The notes under the pieces are model-generated. The model had not been told where the DNA came from, did no database searches, and was given only the letters and a program-made list of their open reading frames with translations. A stretch of DNA of 64,000 nucleotides from Candidatus Latescibacterota bacterium (GTDB lineage: Bacteria > Latescibacterota > CBDEFO01), in contig OZ252149.1 in the NCBI GenBank assembly GCA_965248755.1, positions 128,001-192,000 on the forward strand. Direction: 5' to 3'. Below are positions 1 through 9,893 of this stretch, one piece after another (the stretch's first letter is position 1; each line of letters opens with the position of its first letter). Position numbers and translations under genes: made by a program.

Positions 1-453
1 GTGGCGGGCAGAGCCGGAAGGGGCAACGTACCTGGCGAAGTGATAATTCAGACATATCAGCCTTCAAACCAAGCAATCTTGTGCGCCAAGGATCACAATT
101 TCAAAGCGTTCTGGGGCATAGAGGCAAAGAATAGAGAGGAGTTGGGCTACCCTCCTTTCGGGAGGCTGATTAATATAGTATTTAAGGGGACGGATGAAGA
201 CAAAGTCTGTTCGTTAGCAGAATCACACGCCTCTTTTCTGCGAGGGAGAATAGACGATCCTCCGATAGAGATCTTGGGCCCTGCGCAGGCCCCGCTCGGT
301 AAGATCAAGGACAACTTCCGCTATCAGGTGGTCTTGAAATCATCGAGCGCAAGGGCGATACACAGGTTAGTCGAGGAAGCATCAAAGGAGATAGGAACAC
401 TTAAGAGCGGAGTAAGTGTGAGTGTTGACGTTGACCCATTGAATATGTTGTGA
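1..453 (+). CDS. priA: Primosomal protein N' (PriA), C-terminal part, 5' end outside window
   Basis: AGRAGR helicase motif VI, VIIQT, YPPF and GPAQAP...FRYQ...VDVDP C-terminal signature of PriA. Confidence 0.95.
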   Translation: MAGRAGRGNVPGEVIIQTYQPSNQAILCAKDHNFKAFWGIEAKNREELGYPPFGRLINIVFKGTDEDKVCSLAESHASFLRGRIDDPPIEILGPAQAPLGKIKDNFRYQVVLKSSSARAIHRLVEEASKEIGTLKSGVSVSVDVDPLNML

Positions 454-521
454 GCGACAAACTGCCTCCAACCTATGAATCTGCTTCGACCGTTTCAGCC
501 GCTTTCCCCGAAGGCTATTAA

Positions 522-685
522 CTTGGATTATTCATAAATTCTGATGGATCTCTGATAAGCTACTGTCAATACTGGACTTTTAATTTTTCCGTCTCATTTG
601 AAAAACCAGCGGATTTGCCAGTCAACAAGCTATTGTATAACAGTAACTTATGTAACATTCAAGCCAAGTCTGTGAATAATCCGGG
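522..685. mobile_element. MITE (164 bp) with IS1380-type termini
   Basis: Imperfect TIRs CTTGGATTATTCATAAA / TCTGTGAATAATCCGGG; flanks TTAA (518-521) and CTAA (686-689); same end motif as the MITEs at 1527 and 7901. Confidence 0.65.
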
Positions 686-847
686 CTAATTGGAAGATTT
701 AAACACAAAGAAAGTGATAATTCAGAGGAAAATGCTATTTTGATTGAAAAAAGTACTTGTTGAAAAATGTAAAAGTGGTAATATTCATTCACAAACAAGA
801 TTGTATCGAAATATAATCCCCCATGAATGTGATATGGGGAATGTCGG
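686..847 (+). mobile_element. IS1380-family right-end remnant
   Basis: Near-identical (reverse complement) to 38235-38396, the non-coding 3' end of the intact IS1380; ends ATGGGGAATGTCGG. Confidence 0.9.
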
Positions 848-921
848 ATAAATACAGTTATGTGCAATATTACTCGGTCGGAAAAGCAAGATTTATATAA
901 TTCTCTTATTCAATCAGTATT

Positions 922-1296
922 ATGCAGAATGATTTAATTCATATATTCAATAGACTAAAAAAGCTATTGAAAAAATATGAAAATCCTTTGAAACCAAAAT
1001 TTGATCTAGATAGCAAATATGATCTTTGGTCATTTAAAGAAGTAGAAATTGCTGGTAGAAAAAGAAAAGAAGTATATTTTGCAGGATTGATAATCCAAAG
1101 CAACTATGTAGGTTTCTATTTCATGCCAATCTACGCTGAAACAAAACTCCAAGAAGTATTCGAGCCTGAATTAATAAAATTACTCAAAGGAAAATCTTGC
1201 TTTCACATCAAATCATTGGATAAGAAACTAGAGAAACAAATATCGCAAGCTATTAAAATCGGATATGACTTGTACAATAAAAGACGTTGGTTATAA
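922..1296 (+). CDS. DUF1801/YdhG-like small protein, very AT-rich
   Basis: YVGFYFMPIY...LLKGKSCFHIK motif typical of this family; GC far below flanking genes. Confidence 0.75.
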   Translation: MQNDLIHIFNRLKKLLKKYENPLKPKFDLDSKYDLWSFKEVEIAGRKRKEVYFAGLIIQSNYVGFYFMPIYAETKLQEVFEPELIKLLKGKSCFHIKSLDKKLEKQISQAIKIGYDLYNKRRWL

Positions 1297-1526
1297 TTCT
1301 TTGCCGACCTGCGTCATACTATGCCTACGCTTCGCTTCGGAATTTTTCTTGCAGAAAAAAACGTATAACAAGGGACACCGTCCTACAATCTACTTATTAA
1401 ATCATTATTTAAAGAAAAACATATAATTTAGCAGTCTTTAGCTGCTTTTAACCTCCACATCTTTTGGAGGTTATGTGCTATACACGCTAAATTTAACTCA
1501 GTTTTCACCATTTTAAGACCTCTTAG

Positions 1527-1802
1527 CCCGATTAATTCATAAACTTGGTGGAGTCAGTGCGAGGAGCAAAGCGGTCCCCGATTGAGTCTATCGGGGAAGG
1601 AATCTCAAGGTCTTATTGTGGTGTCCTATGAGAGCCGGAGAGTATTACATCTACCACGGGATCGAGATTGCTTCGCCTTCGGCTCGCAATGACACCAAAG
1701 GTGGTTAAACGGCATAACTATAATATAATAGAGTGCCTTAATAACTATAATATAATAGAATGCCTTAATTAATGCACGACCTTTTCTTGTGAATTATTCG
1801 GG
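1527..1802. mobile_element. MITE carrying a REP doublet, copy 1
   Basis: TIRs CCCGATTAATTCATAAA / TTGTGAATTATTCGGG; 4-bp TSD TTAG (1523-1526, 1803-1806); homologous to 7901-8148. Confidence 0.9.
1576..1596. repeat. 21-bp palindrome CCCCGATTGAGTCTATCGGGG
   Basis: Present in MITE copy 1, absent at the homologous position of MITE copy 2; further copies listed below. Confidence 0.9.
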
Positions 1803-1875
1803 TTAGATGCCCCTTTCGCCATGACTGAAGCTTTGCACTAGTAAGGCCGCCGTGATGTGCCAAAGCCGACCCGGC

Positions 1876-1949
1876 GTAGACAGGGGGCGGAACTAATCCC
1901 CGATTGAATCTATCGGGGACAAGAGAGGGGAGGAAATGCCCCTGTCTAC
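1876..1949. repeat. GTAG-type REP-like hairpin with the 21-bp palindrome (1898-1918) in its loop
   Basis: Arms GTAGACAGGGGGC ... GCCCCTGTCTAC; internal CCCCGATTGAATCTATCGGGG. Confidence 0.75.
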
Positions 1950-1970
1950 TTACTTTAGAAGGGAATATAT

Positions 1971-3149
1971 ATGCGGATTACACCATCGGATAGGGTTCAG
2001 TCAATTGGGCCGTACGCCTTTGCTGAAGTGGACAGAGAAGTCGAAAAGCTCAGAAGAGCCGGAATAGAACCCATAGACTTCGGCGTCGGAGACCCCACTA
2101 TCCCCACGCCCGAAATAGTCCGAAACGCCACAATAGAAGGGATAGAAAAGAGAAAAAGCTCTGGCTATCCGAGCTACATAGGCGCCCGCAAGTACAGAGA
2201 GGCGGTAGCCGAATGGACAGAGAGGAGATTCGGAGTCCGGCTTGACCCCGAGACGGAGATAGCCTCCACAATCGGAAGCAAAGAGGCGGTCTTCAACTTC
2301 TCAGAGGGCTTCGTGAACCCCGGTGACTACGTGATAGTCCCAACACCCGGATATCCTCCATTAGCAAGGGGAGTCCTCTTTTCAGAGGGAAGATCCTACT
2401 TCGTCCCTCTCCTCAAAGAGAACGGCTTTATGCCCGACCTCGGCTCTATCCCCCAGGAAGTCCTGGGTAGAGCCAAGATCATGTGGATAAACTACCCCAA
2501 CAGTCCATCGGGTGCGATAGCCCCCAAGGATTTCCTCGAAAAGATAGTCGAGTTCGGGCACAGACACAATATCATCATCGCCTCGGACGAAGCTTATATT
2601 GAACTCTATTTCGACGAAAAACCGCACAGCATCCTTGAGATAACAAAAGAGGGAGTCGCAGCTTTTCATTCCCTTTCAAAGAGGAGCGCGATGACCTGCT
2701 ACAGGATAGGATGGGTGGCAGGCGACAGAAGGGTAATAGATGTCTTCAAGAAGGTCAAGACCAATATAGACTCAGGCACCCCTACGTTCGTACAGGACGG
2801 GGCAATAGCCGCACTCTGGGACGAAGAGCACGTCGAAGGGATGCGGAAGGACTACAGGACGAAAAGAGACATAATGGTGGAATCGCTTGTAGATGCGGGA
2901 CTACCCAACTGCTCGCCGCAGGCGACTATCTACATCTGGCAAGAAATCCCTGAAGGTGTGACGTCGGTCGAATTTGCCACAACGATGCTCTCTCCCGAAG
3001 TTGCGATAGTCACAACGCCCGGCTCCTGGATAAGCGATTCCACAGAGGACGGACTCAACCCCGGCGACCGATATGTCAGATTTGCCCTCGTTCCGAGCGT
3101 AGAAAAGACGGTGGAAGCTGCAGGAAAGATAAGGAATCTGATGCTTTAG
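1971..3149 (+). CDS. Class I/II PLP-dependent aminotransferase (LL-diaminopimelate/DapC-like)
   Basis: DFGVGDP, GSKEA, INYPNSP, SDEAY, FHSLSKRSAMTCYRIG (PLP Lys motif). Confidence 0.9.
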   Translation: MRITPSDRVQSIGPYAFAEVDREVEKLRRAGIEPIDFGVGDPTIPTPEIVRNATIEGIEKRKSSGYPSYIGARKYREAVAEWTERRFGVRLDPETEIASTIGSKEAVFNFSEGFVNPGDYVIVPTPGYPPLARGVLFSEGRSYFVPLLKENGFMPDLGSIPQEVLGRAKIMWINYPNSPSGAIAPKDFLEKIVEFGHRHNIIIASDEAYIELYFDEKPHSILEITKEGVAAFHSLSKRSAMTCYRIGWVAGDRRVIDVFKKVKTNIDSGTPTFVQDGAIAALWDEEHVEGMRKDYRTKRDIMVESLVDAGLPNCSPQATIYIWQEIPEGVTSVEFATTMLSPEVAIVTTPGSWISDSTEDGLNPGDRYVRFALVPSVEKTVEAAGKIRNLML

Positions 3150-3237
3150 GCTGGACACAGAGACAAACAGGTCGTTCTGTCCGAATTATTGGGATTGATC
3201 CAGACTACTCTTTGGACTCTGAATCTTCTCCTTGACC

Positions 3238-4413
3238 TTAAACAGATCCGAGGTCTGAGCCAAGAGACTCTTTATCCGTATCAGTCCCTATTACCTCCGT
3301 CTCTTGCGATATACGCATGTTTCTGTCTTTATCCGATTCATCTATGAGGTGTACCGTGCGGGTGGGGAAGGCGATAGAAAGTCCCATTTCCTCCAGTGCG
3401 TCCATTATTTTGAGGTTGACATCCTCTCGGATGCGCAAGTAGTCCGCCCAGGCTATGCTCTTTGTAAAGTAGTAGACCATAATTTCCAAGGAATGGTCGC
3501 CGAAGTCGGTGAAGTAGACAAGAAGAAAGAATTCTTTGCTTACTTCAGAATGTTCCTTCAAAATATCTTCGATCCGTTTGACGGCCTCTCGCATCTCATC
3601 GGCTTTGGTGTCGTAGGTTACGCCTACGGTGATCCAGACGCGGCGTCCGCCGCGACGGGAAATGTTGTCGGTAACAAAGTCCGCCAAACGACTGTTTGGG
3701 ACGGTAATTAAGGTCTGTTCAAAGGTGCGGATGCGAGTGCTCCGAAAACCTATTCGTTCAACGGTCCCCTCGATACCGCTGTCCGGAGATTTGATCCAGT
3801 CGCCTACCACGAAGGGGCGGTCGATAAGGAGCATAATAGATCCGAAAAAATCGGAAAGTGTCTTCTGCGCTGCCAGAGCCACAGCCAAACCTCCGACTCC
3901 GAGAGTAGCGATAAGACCAGATATTGAGTAGCCCATATTCTGGATGATCATAAGGAAAACCAATATACCAATAAGTACTTTTGCCGCCTGACCGATGAGG
4001 GGGGCCAGTTGATCGGCCAGGGGTGACTCAACCCTTTCCGCCCAGCCTTGTAGCCAATAGGTAAGGACATTGACAAGCCTTAGCGTAAGCCAGGCCAGGA
4101 GAACCAAAAAGAGGACGGAAAAGAGAGTGCCAGTCCACTCGAGAACTTGCGGTGAAGGCTTAAAGCTCTGTATGGCAAGATAAATGCCAACCAGGACGAT
4201 GCCCGCATCTAACGGCCTTCGCAGCGCTTTGATCACTAGGTCATCTATGTCCGTATCAGTTAGCTGGGTAAGGCGCAAGACATAGTGGCTGAGGAGGTAT
4301 AAGGAAAGCGTGCGCACCGCCAGAGCCCCGAGGATGATGCCGAAGGCGATTCCAAATCGGTAGAGTGTGGTCTGACTCCATATCTGATCAAAGAACGTGT
4401 GGAGGTTTTCCAT
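3238..4413 (-). CDS. mscS: Small-conductance mechanosensitive channel family protein
   Basis: N-terminal TM helices; GVGGLAVALAAQKTLSDFFG...DRPFVVGDWI...GTVERIGFRSTRIRT...VPNS; GLSIAFPTRTV. Confidence 0.93.
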   Translation of the reverse strand: MENLHTFFDQIWSQTTLYRFGIAFGIILGALAVRTLSLYLLSHYVLRLTQLTDTDIDDLVIKALRRPLDAGIVLVGIYLAIQSFKPSPQVLEWTGTLFSVLFLVLLAWLTLRLVNVLTYWLQGWAERVESPLADQLAPLIGQAAKVLIGILVFLMIIQNMGYSISGLIATLGVGGLAVALAAQKTLSDFFGSIMLLIDRPFVVGDWIKSPDSGIEGTVERIGFRSTRIRTFEQTLITVPNSRLADFVTDNISRRGGRRVWITVGVTYDTKADEMREAVKRIEDILKEHSEVSKEFFLLVYFTDFGDHSLEIMVYYFTKSIAWADYLRIREDVNLKIMDALEEMGLSIAFPTRTVHLIDESDKDRNMRISQETEVIGTDTDKESLGSDLGSV

Positions 4414-4896
4414 AAAAGCATACACCTCTTTGTTGCATAGAGCATATTCCAAGGACTTGGGCCATTGTATCTGAGTTCATTACACTCTGGCTTAAAGGAT
4501 CGGCTCTTAAATAGCAACTCTTACGTTGATATCAGCGGCTTGTAGAAGGTTACCTGATTCCGTACGGTGTGCCCATCTTTCCACATTTTACACCACAAGC
4601 TCCGCGTCGTCACCGTATCGACCAACAACTTGTGCTAAAGTTACTCCTCCGCTGAACAGAGCCACTCGGTGTGATGCTGCGCAGTGTAGTCTTGAAGGTC
4701 GGTGTCCTTTACCTCCGAATGCGACACAACCCGGAACTGGTCTATCGTGCTGCCTCCTTAATCGCACAGTTCCTCATTTGGAGTTTAGCCAAATTTCCGG
4801 GGGCATGTTTGAGCGTGTGCAAGCGGCGCATGCTATCGTTCTTGCCGAGAAGTCTCCATCTGTCACAGCATACATTTGGAACCTGCAGATCCGTAT

Positions 4897-6060
4897 CTAC
4901 ATAGCCCTCCTGAAAAGAGCAATTATATCGTCGAGAGTGGTCTTTCTGGGATTTATCGACACGTTTCGACTCCCCATAGCGTCCTCGGCCATTTGAGGTA
5001 TCCTATCTTCTTCTATCCCCAGCTGAGCCAGATTATCCGGTATCCCCACTTCCAAGGACAGCGTCCTTACAGCCTCAACGGACGCCTCCGCGGCGGCCAT
5101 ATCATCTAATCCGTCTGTCCAGACGCCCATAGAGGCGGCTATTTCCGCGAACCTGGAAGGACATGCTATAAGGTTGTACTCCATAACATGCGGCAACAAA
5201 ACAGAGTTAGCCTGCCCGTGAGGGCAGTCGAAGTGCCCTCCCAGTGGGTGCGACATAGCGTGCACATTCCCCAAACCAGTCTGGGAGAACGCCATCCCGG
5301 ACATAGTGCTCCCTGTGAGCATGTTCTCTGTCGCCTCGATGTTCTTATCGCTGGACACAGCCTGTCTAATGTTCTCTGAGATGATCCTTATCGCCTCCAG
5401 GGCCAAAGCCCCGGAGATCGGACTTGAATTCCAGTTCACATAAGATTCCACTGCGTGTGTCAGGGCGTCCATGCCCGTCGCAGCGCCGACATCCATAGGG
5501 AGTTCCACTGAAAGCTCAGGGTCGATCAGTGCCACTTTTGGAATAATATGCGGGCTCGTCACAACTGGTTTTGTGTGCTTCTCCTGGTCCGTCACGACAG
5601 CAAAAGGAGTCACCTCGCTGGCCGTGCCGTAGGTGGTGGGAACGCACACCAAGAAAGGAATATCTACCCCTACCTTCTCCTTAACACCCACGTAGTCCAG
5701 TATATTACCGCCCTTCACTGCTAAGATTCCTACGAGCTTCGCAACATCCATCGAACTCCCACCGCCCAAACCTATAATAAAGCTGCATCCCGTGCTTTTG
5801 AATCTCTCACAGGCAGCATGCACGTTCTGGGTGGGAGGATTGGGCTCAACCTCGTCGAACAGCTCGTAAGCGATGGAAGACTCGTCCAATATTCGGGTAA
5901 CTTTCTCCACGATCCCGGCCTCAACCAAACCCCTATCCGTTACGACTAATCCTGTATCCTCGGTGTGGTTTCTCAACTCATTCGGAAGTCTGGCTACAAC
6001 TCCCTTTCCCAGGGTGATACGTGTAGGGGAATAGAATCTGAAAGTATCGCTAAATGCCAT
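4897..6060 (-). CDS. Iron-containing alcohol dehydrogenase
   Basis: GLGGGSSMDVAK, VPTTYGTASE, GMDALTHAVES, HAMSH...HG metal ligands. Confidence 0.93.
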   Translation of the reverse strand: MAFSDTFRFYSPTRITLGKGVVARLPNELRNHTEDTGLVVTDRGLVEAGIVEKVTRILDESSIAYELFDEVEPNPPTQNVHAACERFKSTGCSFIIGLGGGSSMDVAKLVGILAVKGGNILDYVGVKEKVGVDIPFLVCVPTTYGTASEVTPFAVVTDQEKHTKPVVTSPHIIPKVALIDPELSVELPMDVGAATGMDALTHAVESYVNWNSSPISGALALEAIRIISENIRQAVSSDKNIEATENMLTGSTMSGMAFSQTGLGNVHAMSHPLGGHFDCPHGQANSVLLPHVMEYNLIACPSRFAEIAASMGVWTDGLDDMAAAEASVEAVRTLSLEVGIPDNLAQLGIEEDRIPQMAEDAMGSRNVSINPRKTTLDDIIALFRRAM

Positions 6061-6208
6061 ATACTTCGCCTCCTTCGAAGTTCAGTTTTGCTCGGATTTT
6101 TCCCCAGGAGTTCTTCAATATTTTTGTGGTCCATTATACTTTTGATCGCTTTAGAAGCCTTTGTACTTTGAATACCCCCACAACACCAATCACAGTTATC
6201 TACGACGA

Positions 6209-6595
6209 TCACAGATCTTCTATCGGCTGTCGTCCGGAGAACCCGCTGTCCATCTCGTGCCAGAACTTTATCTCTTTTTCACCCCTCTTCCAGCAGAGCC
6301 AGATCTGCCGCCCATCCTTCAAGGCGGGGAAATCCAGCAGCCCCACATCGATGTTCTTCAGAACACATCCGATATCGTGGAGCTTCTGCACAGTCTCGTT
6401 AAATTTGAATTGAGCGGCCACAACAGGGGCGCCCTTCTTATTCCCGCCGTTGCCTGCGATCTTATCCTCTATGTCGCCTAACGCCTGCCTTGTTGATTCC
6501 AATTCCTCCTGTCTTAAATCCAGTTGCTTCAGCCAGTCTTCGACTTGAGGCAGGAGTCTATTGGCCTCTTCCACAGTGAAATTTTTTATGTTCAT
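6209..6595 (-). CDS. DUF2203 family protein
   Basis: FTVEEANRLLP...GLLDFPA...WLCWKRGE...FWHE...GFSGRQP signature. Confidence 0.88.
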   Translation of the reverse strand: MNIKNFTVEEANRLLPQVEDWLKQLDLRQEELESTRQALGDIEDKIAGNGGNKKGAPVVAAQFKFNETVQKLHDIGCVLKNIDVGLLDFPALKDGRQIWLCWKRGEKEIKFWHEMDSGFSGRQPIEDL

Positions 6596-7059
6596 ATCCT
6601 CTACATCCTGTAGGATTACCGAACTACGCCTTTACAAGCTAAGTCTAAGAACACATGATAATATAAAACCGCGCTATATTCAAGCGCATTCTTTAAACCA
6701 TAAGTCGTTTGCAATATCCCAATGATTTAGGACATCTTCTTGTGCCTCGCTGTTGGCCTCGTGCTCGATAGATGTATATCCCCTTTTCTTCAACGTTGGA
6801 TTTTTGCTAACTTGATATTACTATCAAAAGGAAAAGATGTCAACAGATTTATCAATAAAGCATCACTACTGAATAATATGTAGAGTTCATATCCGTGAAC
6901 AGGTGGGGAAAAGGCTTGTTTTAGCATAATAAGATGTCTATTATTGAAATCACATCTGCCTTTATGATCGTTTGGGAGAGGACAATTCACAATGAGTCGT
7001 GCAGATTTCATATCTAATCTGCGGCGACAATGCTGTGAACGTACTTATCTTATGTTGAA

Positions 7060-7770
7060 GCGGATGTTTGGGTCCTCAAGTTGTGAAAACCTTGAGCCGT
7101 ATCACAATCTGATGATTACTGACATAAGACCTATAGGTACGAAACACGAGTTTCTCATTGCGGATGTATCCTCTACAGATCAGGCTATGAGGGCGGCAGA
7201 TGGGATGGACGCGAGCATTAAGTGCTCTGTCTTCCGTGATCACAGGAAGACAGCCGGCGATGTGAAAGATCTTATGTTTTATAACACGATGACGGCGGCA
7301 ATAGAGCAAAATATCGTAAGGGCCATAGGCACCGGTTTGTGTTTAGCAAGTGCCGGACCTACTTACAGAAATTACGACTTTATGATAAATGAGGGGACCT
7401 CACCTCATGCGGGGATGGATCTATACCTGTTGACCAAGTCTGTAGGTCCGGAGATATGCCCGGAGACATGCAACGTATTTACGCAGAATTGCGATATATA
7501 TATGACGCACTTCTTGTTCTCCAATTTCCGAGATCCGGACGATCCCGGTTTAAAGCCGGCGACAGATTTAGCTCCCTGTAAAGTGTCCTGAAGGGACGCG
7601 GGAGAGGCGTTCTGTCCGGGACTTGAGATCGACTGGAACGATCTTCCATCTAAGAACGAGGCAGTTTATATATGCACCGCCATGGCCCACAATCAATTTT
7701 TCAACTCGAAGGCAAAAAGGATACTCGCCTTTCCCCCAAAGATAGATTTGAAAAGTTGTGGCATAAGGCA
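7060..7770 (+). pseudogene. Decayed paralog of the SDR at 8885-9634
   Basis: Collinear nucleotide similarity to 8918-9615; Rossmann GxxGxxG start lost by frameshift; TGA at 7589 replaces Trp (VSWRDA). Confidence 0.85.
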
Positions 7771-7801
7771 AAACAAGACGCGGGAGAAATGGAAAAAGGG
7801 C

Positions 7802-7830
7802 TTGACTTTGCTTAATAATATATCTATAAT
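7802..7830 (+). promoter_or_regulatory. Sigma70-type promoter
   Basis: TTGACT-17 bp-TATAAT, followed by TAGCAGAA direct repeats and an AGCAGCTGCT palindrome. Confidence 0.65.
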
Positions 7831-7900
7831 AGCAGAAATAGCAGAAGCAGCTGCTTTTCTCATAATCTGCAAGAACGCAATTGACAATTAGGTGTGCTAA

Positions 7901-8148
7901 CCCGATTAATTCATAAACTTGGTGGAGTCATTGCGAGGAGCAAAGCGACGAAACAATCTCAAGGTTTTATAGTGGTCTCCTATGAGAGCCGGAGAGTATT
8001 ACATCTACCACAAAATCGAGATTGCTTGGCCTTCGGCTCGCAATGACACCGAACGTGGTTAAACGGCATAACTATAATCTAATACAATCCCTTAATTAAT
8101 ACACGGCCCCTTAATTAATACACGGCCTTTTTTTGTGAATTATTCGGG
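7901..8148. mobile_element. MITE carrying a REP doublet, copy 2
   Basis: Same TIRs as 1527-1802; TSD CTAA (7897-7900, 8149-8152); internal GTCATTGCGAG...CAATCTC / GAGATTGC...CTCGCAATGAC. Confidence 0.9.
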
Positions 8149-8182
8149 CTAATACCATTAAGTAACTTGTGGGGATGATGCT

Positions 8183-8881
8183 ATGAACGTCCTTATTACG
8201 GGGGGAGCGGGAAATCTATCTCAGGATTTAGCTGCATACCTTAGCAAAGACCATCAAATCCGATTGACCGATATAGTAGATGTCCAGACCGATTTTGAGT
8301 TTGTCAAAAGCGATCTGGGCCACGATGAAAAGACAAACGAGTTGGTGAGAGGAATGGACGCCATTGTACATATGGCAGAACTTCCTCCTAGTGCTTCTGA
8401 CGATTCGGAGAGGACAAAGATAGACTTTCTCACCAGATGCACCTACAATCTGCTGTGGGCGGCGGTGGAGGAAGGGGTCAAAAAAGCGATCTACACAAGC
8501 ACTCTCACGCTGTTCGATAAGTACGATGAGGACGTAACTGTAAATGAGAACTGGAAGCCGCTTCCGTCCACAGATCCATACATTCTGGGGAAGCATCTGA
8601 GCGAGTTTATCTGCAAGGAATTCGCCAGGACGCCAGACATTGACATTATATGTCTGAGATTGGGGAAAGTCGTGCGAGAAGCTGATGTCAAAGGCAAACC
8701 CTTCGATTCCACGTGGGTCGAGGTAAGGGATGCGGTTCATGCCTTTGACTGCGCTTTGCATGCTGATCTTTCGGAGTGGTCGGTCTTTCACATCCAGACT
8801 GAATCGCCCAGTTCCCGCTTCACAGTCGCCAGAGCTAAAGGTTCTATAGGCTACAATCCTAAGTTCAACTTCGAGGGATAG
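8183..8881 (+). CDS. NAD(P)-dependent epimerase/dehydratase-type SDR (uronate dehydrogenase-like), type A
   Basis: VLITGGAGNLS, RLTDI, GMDAIVHMA, YILGK. Confidence 0.85.
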   Translation: MNVLITGGAGNLSQDLAAYLSKDHQIRLTDIVDVQTDFEFVKSDLGHDEKTNELVRGMDAIVHMAELPPSASDDSERTKIDFLTRCTYNLLWAAVEEGVKKAIYTSTLTLFDKYDEDVTVNENWKPLPSTDPYILGKHLSEFICKEFARTPDIDIICLRLGKVVREADVKGKPFDSTWVEVRDAVHAFDCALHADLSEWSVFHIQTESPSSRFTVARAKGSIGYNPKFNFEG

Positions 8882-8884
8882 ACT

Positions 8885-9634
8885 ATGAACGTATTGATTT
8901 TAGGCGGAAACGGCTACTTGGGTCCTCACGTTGTGAAAGCGCTGGAGCCGTATCACAATCTGAGGATTACCGATGTTAAACCTGTAGAAGATACAAAGCA
9001 TGAGTCGTTCAGTCTAGATGTGTCCTCGACAGATCAGGTTGTGAAGGCGGCGGAGGGGATGGACGCTATTATCAACTGCTCTGTCCTTCGCGATCACAGG
9101 AGGATAGCCTTTGATGTGAACACCCTTGGCTGTTATAACACCATGAGGGCGGCAGTTGAGCATAATATCAAAAGGGTCATAAACACCGGCCCGTTTTTTG
9201 CGATTTCCGGACCTACCTATGAGGATTACGATTTTATGATAAATGAGGAGATCACGTCTCATTCGGGAACGAATCTATACGCTCTGACCAAGTCTGTAGG
9301 TCAGGAGATATGCAGGGTATTTACGGAACATTACGATGTGTATGTGATGCACTTTCTGTTCTACAATTTCCGAGATCCAAACAATCCTGCCGAGACGAAA
9401 CCGGGGACTGATTTAACTCCTTTTGTAGTTTCTTGGAGGGACGCGAGCCAGGCGTTCTATTTAGGACTCGAAATCGATCTGAACAATCTTCCCTCAAAGA
9501 ACGAGACATTCTATATATCTACCGACATCCCCCACGGCAAATTTTCCAATGTGAAGGCTAAAAGGATACTCGGCTTTTCGCCCAAAGATAGATTTGAACA
9601 GGTGTGGCATAAGGCAATAGACAGTAGTCAGTAG
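8885..9634 (+). CDS. NAD(P)-dependent epimerase/dehydratase-type SDR (uronate dehydrogenase-like), type B
   Basis: ILGGNGYLG, LRITDV, NTGP, YALTK catalytic motif. Confidence 0.88.
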   Translation: MNVLILGGNGYLGPHVVKALEPYHNLRITDVKPVEDTKHESFSLDVSSTDQVVKAAEGMDAIINCSVLRDHRRIAFDVNTLGCYNTMRAAVEHNIKRVINTGPFFAISGPTYEDYDFMINEEITSHSGTNLYALTKSVGQEICRVFTEHYDVYVMHFLFYNFRDPNNPAETKPGTDLTPFVVSWRDASQAFYLGLEIDLNNLPSKNETFYISTDIPHGKFSNVKAKRILGFSPKDRFEQVWHKAIDSSQ

Positions 9635-9646
9635 AAAGCATACAGG

Positions 9647-9751
9647 GGAGATTGCTTCGGGGTTCCACCCCTCGCAATGACCGCAGGACTCACCACGCAA
9701 CTCTATTGTAAGTCCTCTTAACCGTCATTGCCAGCGAAGGGAAGCAATCTC
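9647..9751. repeat. REP/RPE-like doublet
   Basis: GAGATTGCTTCG...CTCGCAATGAC followed by GTCATTGCCAGCG...AGCAATCTC; same family inside the MITEs and at 13469-13558 and 16909-16975. Confidence 0.8.
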
Positions 9752-9893
9752 GTAGAGAGGGCACTTCACCCTCTGGTATGGTTTCTACTATTCTAGATCT
9801 CTATAATCTTGTCCACAGTATTCTCACCCGAAACTGAGATCTCTTGGGGCGGAACCGTGTGCCTGCCCAGAAAATAGGAAAGGGAATAGTGAA

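Noticed and set aside
622..867. Similar short ORFs at 622-867, 38123-38338, 62811-63377 and 63040-63255
   Set aside because: Incidental translations of the repeated non-coding IS1380 right end
4520..4890. ORFs between mscS and the Fe-ADH
   Set aside because: No RBS or recognisable motif; probably a decayed remnant that I cannot assign
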